IMG/VR virus record: IMGVR_UViG_3300043539_001475
Span: 1 to 64,000 of that record
DNA: 64,000 nt
Reading direction: 5' to 3' (one strand)
Source of the DNA: a virus
In this document: piece after piece, positions 19,167 to 29,891 of the stretch
Position numbering within the stretch: position 1 is the stretch's first letter
How the letters are laid out: every line of letters begins with the position of its first letter
Notes under the pieces: model-generated
The model's database searches: none
The model's input: the letters and a program-made list of their open reading frames with translations, nothing else
Told to the model about the DNA's origin: nothing
Position numbers and translations under genes: made by a program

Positions 19167-22100
19167 ATGAATAAAGAGAAATTAACTGAAAATAAAGCCG
19201 AAGCAACTCCAAGCGGAGGTGTGCTTATAGGCAAGAGGGAAGGTCAAACCATGATTCACAGCAAAGGCTCCTTATCTGGATATTTGGTTGGTAGAACTCA
19301 TGCGGAAGGCGGAATAAAGGCTATCAATAAATCTACTGGACAGCCATTGGAAATGCAGGGAGGCGAGGTGGTTATAACAGCACCAGCCGTTAGCGATACT
19401 ACAAAAAGGGAATTTGAAGGTAGGATGATGACAAATAGGGAAATTTTGTCTGAAATAAATGAAAACGGAGGTGGTGTTTCATTTGCCTATGGCGGTAATA
19501 TACCTACTGAAATGCACTTTAGCGGTAATTCCTATAAGTATGGAGGTAAAACTGTTTCAGACCATGATATAGCTTATGAAATAAGTATTTGTGGTTGTGA
19601 GCATGATATTTTAGGCGATGGTGGTAAAATAGGAGATATGCCTACTTCTATCAAAAAGAAAGTCTTTACCCCAGACGGTGAGAGAAAAATTACTCCAGTT
19701 GCAATTTCTATATTGACAAACTATGTGAACTCTTTACCTCAAACAAAGGAACTTAATACCGATTCAAAAGGCAACTACACAAAAGAAAGACAAGAGCTTC
19801 ATAAAAAAATAATCAATGAATTTAAGGATGAATTAGTTTGTATTCAAAAAGAAGAGCCTATTGCTATTTTAATGGGTGGTTCACCTGCAAGTGGTAAAAG
19901 CACATTTTTAAGAAAATATGCGCCTTATTTACTTGAAGAAGAAATATTAAAAGTAGATGCTGATGAAATTAGAGCTATGTTGCCAGAATACAAAGGCTAC
20001 AACGCTACTCAAACTCATCTTGAAACAAAAGATATTGTCAATACGCTACTAAGCGACAAAACTATTGGTATTCCTTGTAAATACGATATAATTTATGATG
20101 GAACAATGAATAGTACCAAAAGCTACTTGCCTTTGATTGCTTTGCTAAAATCTTTGGGCTATAAGATTTTTATAGTTTACATAGATAATGTGCCAGAAGA
20201 GGTTGTAAAGAAAAGAGCCTTGGAAAGATATAAAAAAAGCGGAAGGTTTGTTCCAATGGAAGTTATTGACGATTTTTATGGAAAAGGAAAAGTCGCACTA
20301 GAAGAATTAAAATTAAAATCCGATGGGTACATGATAATCGATGGCTCAAGTGGAGATTATAACATTTTAGAAAAAAAGGGTCTTAGGCTACCAAAAAAGA
20401 GGTTGTATTCAAAGCTAGGAGAGCCTATATCTAAACTAGAGCAGTTGGTTCATGGTGGTCATTTGTCAAAAGGTATGTCTTTAAAACAAATTGCTAAAAT
20501 GCACGGGGTATCTTTTCTCAAATTGAATAGACAAGTAAAGATGGGATTAAATGCCGAGAGTGAGCATACTCCTAAAGTTACAGAACAAATGAAGATTGTA
20601 AAAGACCACTTGTACGAAAATCCTAATTATTATACGTTACTTAAAGAAGCAGGTTTAGAAAAAGGAGGAAGTTTAAACGGTATTTCCGATTTGAGTCAAA
20701 AAGATTTACAATTATATGACAGAGCTTCTAATGTTAGACCGAGAGATGTAAATCAAAACAATCGGTATCATAGTTATTTAGGATTAAGTGTTTACACTAC
20801 TTCTGAAAATAGAAATAATATTTTTATAGAAAATGTAGATAAAGTTTTTCATAACGTAGATGATGCTGAAAAATATATCGAAGGTAACGACATGGAAGAA
20901 TCTAAAATTCCTTTTTGGATAGGTACAGAAAAAAGATATTATGAATTATATCCAGAAAAAAAAGGTCTTTATAAAAAAGGTGGTGAAGTTGATTATGTAA
21001 CTTATAAAGATAAATACAACAAAAAATATAATTACGATAAAAACACTTCTCACGATTTAGATGAAATTTCGAAAGATACTGGAGTTTCGCTAAAAGGTTT
21101 ACAGCAAATTTACAATAAGGGAATAGGTGCATATAAAACTAATCCTTCAAGCGTAAGACCTAATGTAAAGTCAAAAGAGCAATGGGCAATGGCTAGGGTG
21201 TATAGTGCAGTAATGGGTGGTAAAGCATCAGAAGTAGATTCTAATGAATTAAAAATGAACTATGGTGGAAGATTTCGTAAAGACAACCTTGTAAAAGATG
21301 CCGAAAATGGAAACACACCAGCAAGAGACTTTAATAACTATAACGATGTTATGGATATTCACGCAGATGGAGCTGTTGGTGGGGATAGTGGTATTTTTGC
21401 AAACGGAGGTGCTTTAGGAACTTCGGGATTGCCTTTGGTTGATTATATTGAAATAACATCTTCTGGAAGTAGCCTTGTTAATATTGTTGGAGTTCAGGCT
21501 GATAACTTTGAAAGTTTTAAAAATATTGTTTTTGGAGAGTATAAATTGACACAAAAACCTAGAAGTTTTGTAAATATTCAAGCGTATGACTCGGAAGGTA
21601 ATAAATTGACAAGTGCTAGTTCAGAAATTTCAGACCAAAAAAATACCGTAAAGAACTTTAATCCTTACACTGGCAAGCCTTCGGATTTAGCAAAGTCATT
21701 CGCTAAATCAAGACCAATCAACTTCAAAAAATACGATTGGAGTGAGTGGTTTTCAGGCAAGAAATCAATGCCTAGTAAACAAGCTTCTGCAACTTCTAAT
21801 TTAGTTACTGGTATTTATATTTCATACACTAACCCAACAAATAATAGTCTTAGCTCCTTTACCGTTGACAATGCTAGTGAGTTCTTATACACTTTGCTAA
21901 ACTTGTATAGAAATTCAATTACAAAAATAGATTATAGAATTATTGTAAATGGTAATATTTTAGAAGAAACTATTTCTGATTTAAAGTTAAATGATGACGT
22001 AACTGATAATTGGAGATTGAACTCTAACACAATAAATCCTAAAGTAGCTACTCTTGATGATGTTGCATATAGGTTAGAAAAAGAAAATTCTTTTTTTGAT

Positions 22101-24923
22101 TTTACAAATTTTATGAAAAGTGGTGGTCTTAATGCAATTGGTCAACCTACTAACACATCAACGGTTTTAAGCGAGGTACAAAAAAATATTTCAAGAGATA
22201 ACAAAATAACAGAAATTGTTTTATATAATTCTGTAAGTAAAAGAAATAGCACATATTCTAATTTGCGAAGTCTTTATATGGAAATTAGAGATATTGCTAG
22301 TTTAGTCAACGGGGCTACATTAGACGACTTTATTTCATTTAATTTTATTAATGGGGATGGGTATAAAATAAGTGAAACTAGGAGTATTTTTCATGGAAAT
22401 TCCTATGACGCTCTATTTGTAAACGATGTGATTACTCAAAATGAATTTTTTAGAGCGATTTTTAAAAACTTTCCAGAATTAGAGTTCCGTAAGACACTTA
22501 CTGAAGATTCGGAAAGAGAGGTTTATGAAGATTTCAAAAAAACTGCTCAATCTACTATTTCTACTGGAGCAAATACTGCCACATCAACATCGGGTTTGAT
22601 TGAAATACCAGATTCAAAAAATAATTTTGACGGAAAAGTTTTAAGTCTACCTAGTCCAATATTAGAATTGCTTTCTGTTAGGATAAGAGAACAAAATTTA
22701 GGTAATATATCTAAAATTTTTGACATGCCTATTGAGGAAATAAAAGATGATAATAAAAAGATTTTTAGTTTTGAAAATTCCGTTGATGGATTTAGTTTTT
22801 GGTCTAATATATCTCAAGGGGATTTTACTGAATTTAAGCAAAAATATGGTAAGTACGGTGAGAAAGTAAAAGATATTATCACAACGGCTCAACCTATTGC
22901 AAGTAGCAAGTTTACTTCTGCCGAAATTAAATTGTTTGAGGCAATTGATGATATTGTATTAGAAAATAGTTTAAAAAATGTAGAAATACCAATTTTTGAA
23001 TGGAACTCTACTGGTGCAAAAGATTATGATTTAGTAAACGAAGATACTGGTGAAGTTTTTAAACTTCGTTCTTTTGGAGCAGTATTAGGACTTCAAAATG
23101 GAGATATAAATTTAACAAAATCATTAGCTTTATTGAAAGATTATTTAGATTGGAAAAAAGGAGGTAGTTCAACTGCAACTACAAGTGTATCTAAAACACT
23201 GTCTAAAGAAGATTTAGAAGATATAAAAATTAAAATTAATTCCGACTTTGATTTAGCATTAAAAATAGTTCAAAAATTAGAACAAGTTGGTTTTACCAAT
23301 ACTAGTGGAATAAAAAGAAAAATAGAAAATAAGGAACAATTCCATTCAATTTGGCGTGGTACTGGTAATTATGTAGGATGGTTTATAGATGAAGATAATT
23401 TTAATGATTCTGACAAAAAAGAAATATTTCCTTCCGACATAGGAATAGGTAGTAGTACTGCAACGGCTCAACCTAGTTCAAGTAAATATCCTACTATTAA
23501 TTATCCAACCCAATTAGAACAGACTAAAATTTGGATTGGCGATAATCCTGAACTTTCAAAAAGAGTTCAAGAGAGAGCAATGGAACTTGGATGGGATTGG
23601 TGGAGTGGAGATAAAAAGCCTCAAAATTTAGATTTCTCATGTTTATTTTTTGATGTTGGACAAAAAATAACTGGTAGTGAGACTAGGGTAGGTTTTGATT
23701 CATTTCAAGATTATAAAGAAATATTTGAATCTGATTTATTTGGTAGCGTAACAACGGCTACACAAAATCAACCTACTGCACCTTTAACGGAGGAGCAAAA
23801 AATAGCTAGTGAGTTTGTAGCTGATGATTCTGTATTGCGCAGAAACGATATATTAGGTAGTGCAAGTCTTCGACAAGAAAGAAATGATTTAGATGCCTTA
23901 GCTAAACTATTGCCATCGTTTCAACAATCAAAGTTTTCAGTTGAAAAAGCTAGTATTTTAAAAGAAATGGCTAGGATTCAAAAGAAGTTAGACTATAAAG
24001 GGTTTATTGCTTCTAACGAGGAAGTTTCTAAAGGTAAAGACTTATTTACGCCACAAGGATTGCTAAATTATTACTTTACTCAAGCAACTCAAAATCCTAC
24101 TGCTGAATTACAGCCACCGTGTGAATTACCAACTCCTAATGGAGGTAAAAGTAAATTGCCTTTGGTAGCGTATTTGAATGTAAGAAGTACACAATTTAAA
24201 AAATGGTTCGGTGATTGGGAAAAAGCCTATGAAACCGATAACTATGTTAATTGTTCAAAAATGATTGACGAGGAAACTAAAGAGCCAAAGATATTTTATC
24301 ATGGTGTTAGGAAGTATATTCCTAGCTTTGGTCAAATGAGTAATATGGGTGTTGGTGTAGTTAGACCTTATGGTTCTTTTGAGCCACCAAACTTCCCTGC
24401 TTCTTACTTTGCCGACAATGAAAGCTATGCTAATTTCTATGGCGGTATTGCAGAAAATATGCCGAAACCATCTGAAGGGTATAAGCCTTTCATTTATAAA
24501 GTATTTTTGTGCATTAAAAATCCAATTTCATTACTACCTTTAGATTTTGAAATTAGTTATAAGGATTTGATTGATTATGTTTTAGTTGCTTATGGTATAA
24601 GGCTAAATGTGAATAGCGTTCTATTGAAACAATTAGGTGAAGACATGGATAAAAAACATCCTATATGGATATATGTCCGTAGAGACATAGGATTAATAGA
24701 AACTTTAAAAGATTACGGTTATGATGCTTTAATTCAACAAGGCGATATACCCGTTTTCGACAAAAATGGAGAGGTAGTTTCAGATAGAAGTAAATTTATA
24801 AAAGATACGGAATATTTGTCTTTCTATCCTAATCAGGTTAAGAGTGCAACAGTTAAAAAGAGTTTCTATTTTAACTTTTTCAATGATATAAGATTTAAAA
24901 AAGGCGGTTATGTTCGTATATAA
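19167..24923 (+). CDS. giant polyvalent protein / putative polyprotein (zeta-toxin-like kinase, DUF5661-like, DUF5824-like and ART-PolyVal-like modules)
   Basis: GGSPASGKST...DADEIR...IYDGT (zeta); EHT...KDHLYENPNYY; QIYNKGIGAY...EQWAMARVYS; FKKWFGDW...EPKIFYHG...YFA...EY (ART-PolyVal). Confidence 0.8.
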   Translation: MNKEKLTENKAEATPSGGVLIGKREGQTMIHSKGSLSGYLVGRTHAEGGIKAINKSTGQPLEMQGGEVVITAPAVSDTTKREFEGRMMTNREILSEINENGGGVSFAYGGNIPTEMHFSGNSYKYGGKTVSDHDIAYEISICGCEHDILGDGGKIGDMPTSIKKKVFTPDGERKITPVAISILTNYVNSLPQTKELNTDSKGNYTKERQELHKKIINEFKDELVCIQKEEPIAILMGGSPASGKSTFLRKYAPYLLEEEILKVDADEIRAMLPEYKGYNATQTHLETKDIVNTLLSDKTIGIPCKYDIIYDGTMNSTKSYLPLIALLKSLGYKIFIVYIDNVPEEVVKKRALERYKKSGRFVPMEVIDDFYGKGKVALEELKLKSDGYMIIDGSSGDYNILEKKGLRLPKKRLYSKLGEPISKLEQLVHGGHLSKGMSLKQIAKMHGVSFLKLNRQVKMGLNAESEHTPKVTEQMKIVKDHLYENPNYYTLLKEAGLEKGGSLNGISDLSQKDLQLYDRASNVRPRDVNQNNRYHSYLGLSVYTTSENRNNIFIENVDKVFHNVDDAEKYIEGNDMEESKIPFWIGTEKRYYELYPEKKGLYKKGGEVDYVTYKDKYNKKYNYDKNTSHDLDEISKDTGVSLKGLQQIYNKGIGAYKTNPSSVRPNVKSKEQWAMARVYSAVMGGKASEVDSNELKMNYGGRFRKDNLVKDAENGNTPARDFNNYNDVMDIHADGAVGGDSGIFANGGALGTSGLPLVDYIEITSSGSSLVNIVGVQADNFESFKNIVFGEYKLTQKPRSFVNIQAYDSEGNKLTSASSEISDQKNTVKNFNPYTGKPSDLAKSFAKSRPINFKKYDWSEWFSGKKSMPSKQASATSNLVTGIYISYTNPTNNSLSSFTVDNASEFLYTLLNLYRNSITKIDYRIIVNGNILEETISDLKLNDDVTDNWRLNSNTINPKVATLDDVAYRLEKENSFFDFTNFMKSGGLNAIGQPTNTSTVLSEVQKNISRDNKITEIVLYNSVSKRNSTYSNLRSLYMEIRDIASLVNGATLDDFISFNFINGDGYKISETRSIFHGNSYDALFVNDVITQNEFFRAIFKNFPELEFRKTLTEDSEREVYEDFKKTAQSTISTGANTATSTSGLIEIPDSKNNFDGKVLSLPSPILELLSVRIREQNLGNISKIFDMPIEEIKDDNKKIFSFENSVDGFSFWSNISQGDFTEFKQKYGKYGEKVKDIITTAQPIASSKFTSAEIKLFEAIDDIVLENSLKNVEIPIFEWNSTGAKDYDLVNEDTGEVFKLRSFGAVLGLQNGDINLTKSLALLKDYLDWKKGGSSTATTSVSKTLSKEDLEDIKIKINSDFDLALKIVQKLEQVGFTNTSGIKRKIENKEQFHSIWRGTGNYVGWFIDEDNFNDSDKKEIFPSDIGIGSSTATAQPSSSKYPTINYPTQLEQTKIWIGDNPELSKRVQERAMELGWDWWSGDKKPQNLDFSCLFFDVGQKITGSETRVGFDSFQDYKEIFESDLFGSVTTATQNQPTAPLTEEQKIASEFVADDSVLRRNDILGSASLRQERNDLDALAKLLPSFQQSKFSVEKASILKEMARIQKKLDYKGFIASNEEVSKGKDLFTPQGLLNYYFTQATQNPTAELQPPCELPTPNGGKSKLPLVAYLNVRSTQFKKWFGDWEKAYETDNYVNCSKMIDEETKEPKIFYHGVRKYIPSFGQMSNMGVGVVRPYGSFEPPNFPASYFADNESYANFYGGIAENMPKPSEGYKPFIYKVFLCIKNPISLLPLDFEISYKDLIDYVLVAYGIRLNVNSVLLKQLGEDMDKKHPIWIYVRRDIGLIETLKDYGYDALIQQGDIPVFDKNGEVVSDRSKFIKDTEYLSFYPNQVKSATVKKSFYFNFFNDIRFKKGGYVRI

Positions 24924-26160
24924 TAGTGGTAAATTAGTTGAAAATCCTACACCCATTTCTAGTACAGAGTTTATCTACAGATTAACTCACACTACTAGTG
25001 GAATGAATATAGAGGTTTATGTAAATACAGAAATTGAGAACAGCGACAAGCCTTATAAGGTTTATCGTGAGGAGAATGGTGTGTACACTGTTTACGAAGA
25101 GTTCTACCGAAAAGGCAAAACAACAAAAGAAAATTTCGAGGATGCTATTCTCTACTTTGAAGACAATATCTACAAAGCAATGAAAGAAGTTGCCCCAACT
25201 GAAGAAAGCATAAGACCTGATGATGAAGCTGTGAAACCAGAAACATTTAAAGAGGTTCCTATTGTTGGAGATATAATTCAAGTAGGTAAAAACTACGGTA
25301 TTGTGATAGATGTTAAAGATAATGAAGTGAGTGTTAAAAACTTGACAAAGGAAGAGGCTATGCGAATTTTGAAAAATCAACAAAATGCACAAATAGCAAC
25401 TTCTATTGAGGATGTAGAATTAGCTTTTGGTGGGGATTTAAAGCTTGAAGATGGAGGAACATTTTCTAAATTTTACGCTGATAAAGACAACATAATAATT
25501 TTGAGGGTTAGCCCTCCAAAACCACAAGGAGGTACACCACCACCACAAGAGGGTGAGGAAGAGCCACCACAGCCACCAACGCCACAAGAGCCAATTCCAG
25601 AAAACGTGAAAAACCCTTTTGATGAAGCTCCTGAACAAGAAGAAGGGGGTAATCCTCCGCCACAAGAAGGTAATCCACCACCACAAGGAGGAGAGCAAGA
25701 GCCACCGCAAGAAGGCGAAGGAGAAGGCGAAGGAGAAGGCGAAGGAGAAGGCGAAGGAGAAGGCGAAGGAGAAGGCGAAGGAGAAGGCGAAGGAGAAGGC
25801 GAAGGAGAAGGCGAAGGAGAAGGCGATGGAGAAGGCGATGGAGAAGGCGATGGAGAAGAGCCAAAAGGCGGAAACGCAGAGGGCGATGATTTTGGAGATG
25901 AAAATGGTGAGCCTACAAAAACCTTAGAGGAACTAATGAGAGATATTCAAGAATCATTCGAAAAAGGACAAAGTGCTGATGATATTCAGTTGAAAAGCGA
26001 TGTTGAAACTTTAGAAAGAGCTTTGGCTACTCCAAAAGATAGAATAAAAGAAACATTTAAAACCTTAGCTGTTGCCAAGTCAGCAATTGGAAGAACAAAC
26101 ATATTTGGCACAGACAACGAGAACAGATTAAATCAAACATTAAACGAAATATTCAAATAA
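24910..26160 (+). CDS. acidic protein with Pro/Gln-rich and (GE)n linker
   Basis: 416 aa; KOW-like VGDIIQVGKNYGIV; LAFGG and LEDGG motifs. Confidence 0.75.
   Translation: MFVYNSGKLVENPTPISSTEFIYRLTHTTSGMNIEVYVNTEIENSDKPYKVYREENGVYTVYEEFYRKGKTTKENFEDAILYFEDNIYKAMKEVAPTEESIRPDDEAVKPETFKEVPIVGDIIQVGKNYGIVIDVKDNEVSVKNLTKEEAMRILKNQQNAQIATSIEDVELAFGGDLKLEDGGTFSKFYADKDNIIILRVSPPKPQGGTPPPQEGEEEPPQPPTPQEPIPENVKNPFDEAPEQEEGGNPPPQEGNPPPQGGEQEPPQEGEGEGEGEGEGEGEGEGEGEGEGEGEGEGEGEGEGEGDGEGDGEGDGEEPKGGNAEGDDFGDENGEPTKTLEELMRDIQESFEKGQSADDIQLKSDVETLERALATPKDRIKETFKTLAVAKSAIGRTNIFGTDNENRLNQTLNEIFK
25711..25857 (+). repeat. 12-bp coding tandem repeat gaaggcgaagga (EGEG)
   Basis: Visible directly, about 12 units. 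Confidence 0.95.
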
Positions 26161-26161
26161 A

Positions 26162-27511
26162 ATGGAAGGAATTACAAAAGACGAATTATTAAATTTTGCC
26201 GAAAATAGCAATAACACGCTTATACAAACTTTAGCTAAACAGAAAATGCAAGATGAATTTGCTGGCGATATAGTCGCTCAAAAAATGATTCAGCTTTCAC
26301 AATTATTAGGTCAATCTAGTGGAGGTTCAAGCCTTGACGAAGAAGAAGTCAAAAGAATAGTTAGAGAGGAAATCGAAACTGATAAAATTACTTTTGAGGA
26401 TTTAGATGACACCGTAAAAAAACTATTGTCTAATCAAACCGCTAATGTAACTTTAAATGTTACAAAAGGGGGTGTTGTAACTGTTGTTAAATTAGCTTTA
26501 GACCCTGAGTTCAAAAGACCTTTAATACAAAAGATGCTTAGTGATGTTTTAGCAAGAAACAATGTGTATTTGTATGGTGGTGCAGGAACGGGTAAATCTT
26601 ATTCTGCCAATATTCTAAAGAAAATATTAGGTTGGGATGTAATAGAAATTAGTTGTAGTCAATTTACTTCTGCATTAGAAATTATAGGAGGTCAAACTAT
26701 CGATGGTTATCAAGAAGGAAAAGTTGTTAGAGCTTTTGGAAATTTAGATAAAAACGGTAATCCTACTGGTAGGGGATGTATTTTACTGTTAGATGAGTTA
26801 CCTAAAATCGACCCAAATACAGCAGGTATGTTAAATTCCGTGTTAGCTAGAGTTGGTGAATATAAAGATGGCATAGCATCGACTATACAAAATGCAAGAG
26901 GAGATGTTATAGAACGTGGAGAATGTTTTATTATGGCTACTGGAAATGCGTTGTTAAACACAAAAGACCCAGATTACGAAGCTAACTTTAAGCAGGATTT
27001 ATCGTTACAAGACCGTTTTGCTGGTTCTACTTACAAAGTGGTGGTAGACATTGAAGGTGAATGGGAAGGCATATTGAATAAAAAATGGGCTTTCATTTTT
27101 ATTTATTTGAATAAACTAAGAAAGGCAATACAACAAGAAGGCTTTTTATCTAAAGCTTTTGTTTCTATTCGTTTAATCATGTCTGTTCAAAAAACTTACA
27201 ATGTATTTAGACAAGTTAAAGAAAATGCAGGAAATGTTAAGTCTTTTAAACAAGATGAAGAGGTGTCTTACACTCCAGTAATTAATGAAAGAGGATTAGG
27301 GATAATAGAAGCTAGTCAAGTTAAAACGGTTAAAGACTCTATGGACGAATTTTTCAGCTTATTCACAACAGAACAATCTGATATTTTGAAAAGCAAAACG
27401 GATTATGAGGGATGGTTGCGTATTGTGAATGAAAAGAACAAAATTCCAATGGACAAATTAAATACTCCATCTGAATTAGAAGAAGTAAAAGAAATTATAA
27501 AAAATAAATAA
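26162..27511 (+). CDS. MoxR/CbbQ-type AAA+ ATPase
   Basis: Walker A GGAGTGKS, Walker B LLLDE, ATGN sensor 1, SLQDRF arginine finger. Confidence 0.88.
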   Translation: MEGITKDELLNFAENSNNTLIQTLAKQKMQDEFAGDIVAQKMIQLSQLLGQSSGGSSLDEEEVKRIVREEIETDKITFEDLDDTVKKLLSNQTANVTLNVTKGGVVTVVKLALDPEFKRPLIQKMLSDVLARNNVYLYGGAGTGKSYSANILKKILGWDVIEISCSQFTSALEIIGGQTIDGYQEGKVVRAFGNLDKNGNPTGRGCILLLDELPKIDPNTAGMLNSVLARVGEYKDGIASTIQNARGDVIERGECFIMATGNALLNTKDPDYEANFKQDLSLQDRFAGSTYKVVVDIEGEWEGILNKKWAFIFIYLNKLRKAIQQEGFLSKAFVSIRLIMSVQKTYNVFRQVKENAGNVKSFKQDEEVSYTPVINERGLGIIEASQVKTVKDSMDEFFSLFTTEQSDILKSKTDYEGWLRIVNEKNKIPMDKLNTPSELEEVKEIIKNK

Positions 27512-29184
27512 TGCAATTAGACAACTTATTTGAGGTAATTAAACAAGTAGGGCAAAAGCCCTTTGCTTCTTTTGTAAGTAGTTCAACTTCGGCTTCTGTT
27601 CAAGGCTCTTCATCATTTGATAATATGAGTACAAATGGCTTTATTTTTCAGCAATTTAAAACACTAGAGGATGCTTTTAATAAGAAAAGCGAAATAGAGG
27701 CTAAAATAAAGAAAAAAAGGTATGAAACAATAGCATTATCGTATGTGTCAGAAGTAAGGTTTAATGATTATAAATCTTTTACAGATTACATAAATCAACC
27801 AAAACGTGATTTTGAAAAAACAAAGGAACTAAGTGCTTCTTTTATTGAAAACATAAAAACCTTAATAAATTTAGGAGGGCTTTTCAAAAATGACAAAATT
27901 ATAGTTACCGAAGATACTAGAGGTGTTTTTGACTTTGGACTAGCTAGTTTGGGATTATTCAGACCGATTGAATTTTATTCACAAGATTTAGCTGATGATA
28001 TAAAAGCAGGAATAGTTAATAATCCTTTCCCTAGTTATGAAAATGGAATTGTTGATGGCGATAATATAAAAAAACAAGTTATAGGCGAACTAAGTATTTT
28101 TACATACGTTCTTGACGGTAAAAAATACGATTGCGAAAGAAGACAAAGAGGAGCCACTAAAGTTTTTAAAACCTTTTTTGAAGAGTGCTTTTTGAAACCA
28201 GATAAAGATGGACTTTTGATAACCTACTACCTTGAAAATAAAGAAAAGGTTTTTAATGGTAGAGGTGATGTTAGATTGAAATACGCTTCTAGCAACAAAA
28301 AGTCTTACTTGATTTACAATAAGAAAGATGATTCTGTAAAGAATGTAGATATTTTTATGCCCATAAATCTTATGGGAGTTCAAGACGGTGCTAGAGCTTT
28401 GGCTTTATTGCCTGCTTATCTAATATCTGCATCATTAGAAAACTTTGGTATTCAGTCAAGAATTAGCGCATTGAGGTTAGGCTCTGATGAAGAAACTTCA
28501 ATAACTATTTCAATACCAGTTAAGGATTACGAAGAATCCACGAATGAAGCTTTTAATAAAGCATTTACCTTACTTTCTTTAGAAAGTGCTGGAGGAAGTT
28601 TTTTTGCTTTTCATAAGGTTATTGCTGGAAATGAAGGTATTCAAGCAAATCCAACTAAGGTTACTAAAGCAGGATTTGATAGTGTTTATTATTGGTCGCA
28701 AAGGTATATTGACGATATGATGCAACGATACAAAAATTGGGCTAATGTAAACAAGGATAAGGATTTTGTTAATACAAAGGTTATAAATCAAAATTTTCAA
28801 TTTGGTTTAACAACTCCAGATAATTCTCCAGTTGGTAGGGTATTAGGTTATGCTGATATTTTAGAAGGACTGCACCAAGTGTTTTATCTTTTCTATTTCT
28901 ATATGGATTATTTATCTATTGAAATGTTGGATATGAAGGATTTTATTAAGAGCGTTTACACTAGATTTACAGAAGATGTTACTTTTAGAAAAATATATCA
29001 AATGCCGAGTGCAAAAGACGAAATTAAAGCCCTATTAAGGTCTTATGTTTTGACAATGTTAGTTCAAAAATATAAGTTAGTTTCGGGTGGTGCTTATTCA
29101 GATACGGCAGAGCAAAAGCAAAACAAAGAGGAAACTTTTCAGAAGAAAGTAATTTCGTTGAACGAACAAATAAATAATATATAA
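27511..29184 (+). CDS. AAA+ partner protein, possibly divergent vWA/CobT-like
   Basis: Coupled to the MoxR gene; no clear DxSxS MIDAS motif, so the call rests on gene order. Confidence 0.45.
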   Translation: MQLDNLFEVIKQVGQKPFASFVSSSTSASVQGSSSFDNMSTNGFIFQQFKTLEDAFNKKSEIEAKIKKKRYETIALSYVSEVRFNDYKSFTDYINQPKRDFEKTKELSASFIENIKTLINLGGLFKNDKIIVTEDTRGVFDFGLASLGLFRPIEFYSQDLADDIKAGIVNNPFPSYENGIVDGDNIKKQVIGELSIFTYVLDGKKYDCERRQRGATKVFKTFFEECFLKPDKDGLLITYYLENKEKVFNGRGDVRLKYASSNKKSYLIYNKKDDSVKNVDIFMPINLMGVQDGARALALLPAYLISASLENFGIQSRISALRLGSDEETSITISIPVKDYEESTNEAFNKAFTLLSLESAGGSFFAFHKVIAGNEGIQANPTKVTKAGFDSVYYWSQRYIDDMMQRYKNWANVNKDKDFVNTKVINQNFQFGLTTPDNSPVGRVLGYADILEGLHQVFYLFYFYMDYLSIEMLDMKDFIKSVYTRFTEDVTFRKIYQMPSAKDEIKALLRSYVLTMLVQKYKLVSGGAYSDTAEQKQNKEETFQKKVISLNEQINNI

Positions 29185-29507
29185 TGAGAAATACTGTAAA
29201 AATAACCCAAGAGCAAATTAAAGGTATGTACGAACATTTACAAAAGCTACCTGCTAACTCGCATAAAAAAGATTTAAAGATTTTTTACAATCCATTAATG
29301 CCAAAAAACGTATATATTAGATATACTAGTTTTTTTCTTGAACCCGATAATAGCATTAGTTCTAATGTGACATTGAGTTGTATTAAGCCTGACGGTTCAA
29401 AAGGAAATTGCGCAGACGATTTTGATAATTTAAAACAAAGATTAGAATTTGAATCACAATTTTTACCAATCGATTTAGATGCTAATAGAAACATAGTTTT
29501 TTTATGA
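29184..29507 (+). CDS. hypothetical protein
   Basis: Coupled ORF. Confidence 0.6.
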   Translation: MRNTVKITQEQIKGMYEHLQKLPANSHKKDLKIFYNPLMPKNVYIRYTSFFLEPDNSISSNVTLSCIKPDGSKGNCADDFDNLKQRLEFESQFLPIDLDANRNIVFL

Positions 29508-29872
29508 GGAATTTTAAAAACATATCTGGAGACCTTTTAGCTATTGCATATTTACCTAAAGAGGATAGAAATTCTGCTTTGGAAGACTTGAACATAATTA
29601 TAGGCGCATATCCTGATAGCGATATATCAAGAGAGCAAAAGCAATTAATACAAGAAATTATTGAGGATTTAATTAAAGAAAATACTCTTATAGAAGGGGT
29701 TTCTCAAAAGCCAAAAGCGAAGACAAGAGCGACTAAAAAGAGTATTGAGCAAGTAGAGGTAGTCCAACCTGAAATCGTTGAAGAAGAAGTTGTACAAGAG
29801 CAACCTAAAGCAATAGTAGAGCAAGAAGTAGAAACCATAACATCAATAGAAGATATTGATGACGCATTTTAA
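29504..29872 (+). CDS. hypothetical acidic protein
   Basis: Coupled ORF. Confidence 0.6.
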   Translation: MRNFKNISGDLLAIAYLPKEDRNSALEDLNIIIGAYPDSDISREQKQLIQEIIEDLIKENTLIEGVSQKPKAKTRATKKSIEQVEVVQPEIVEEEVVQEQPKAIVEQEVETITSIEDIDDAF

Positions 29873-29891
29873 ACAATAAAACAAAAGAGAA

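Noticed and set aside
25438-25927. Alternative-frame ORFs (RLLL)n and (KEKA)n
   Set aside because: Shadows of the stop-free 12-bp GE repeat
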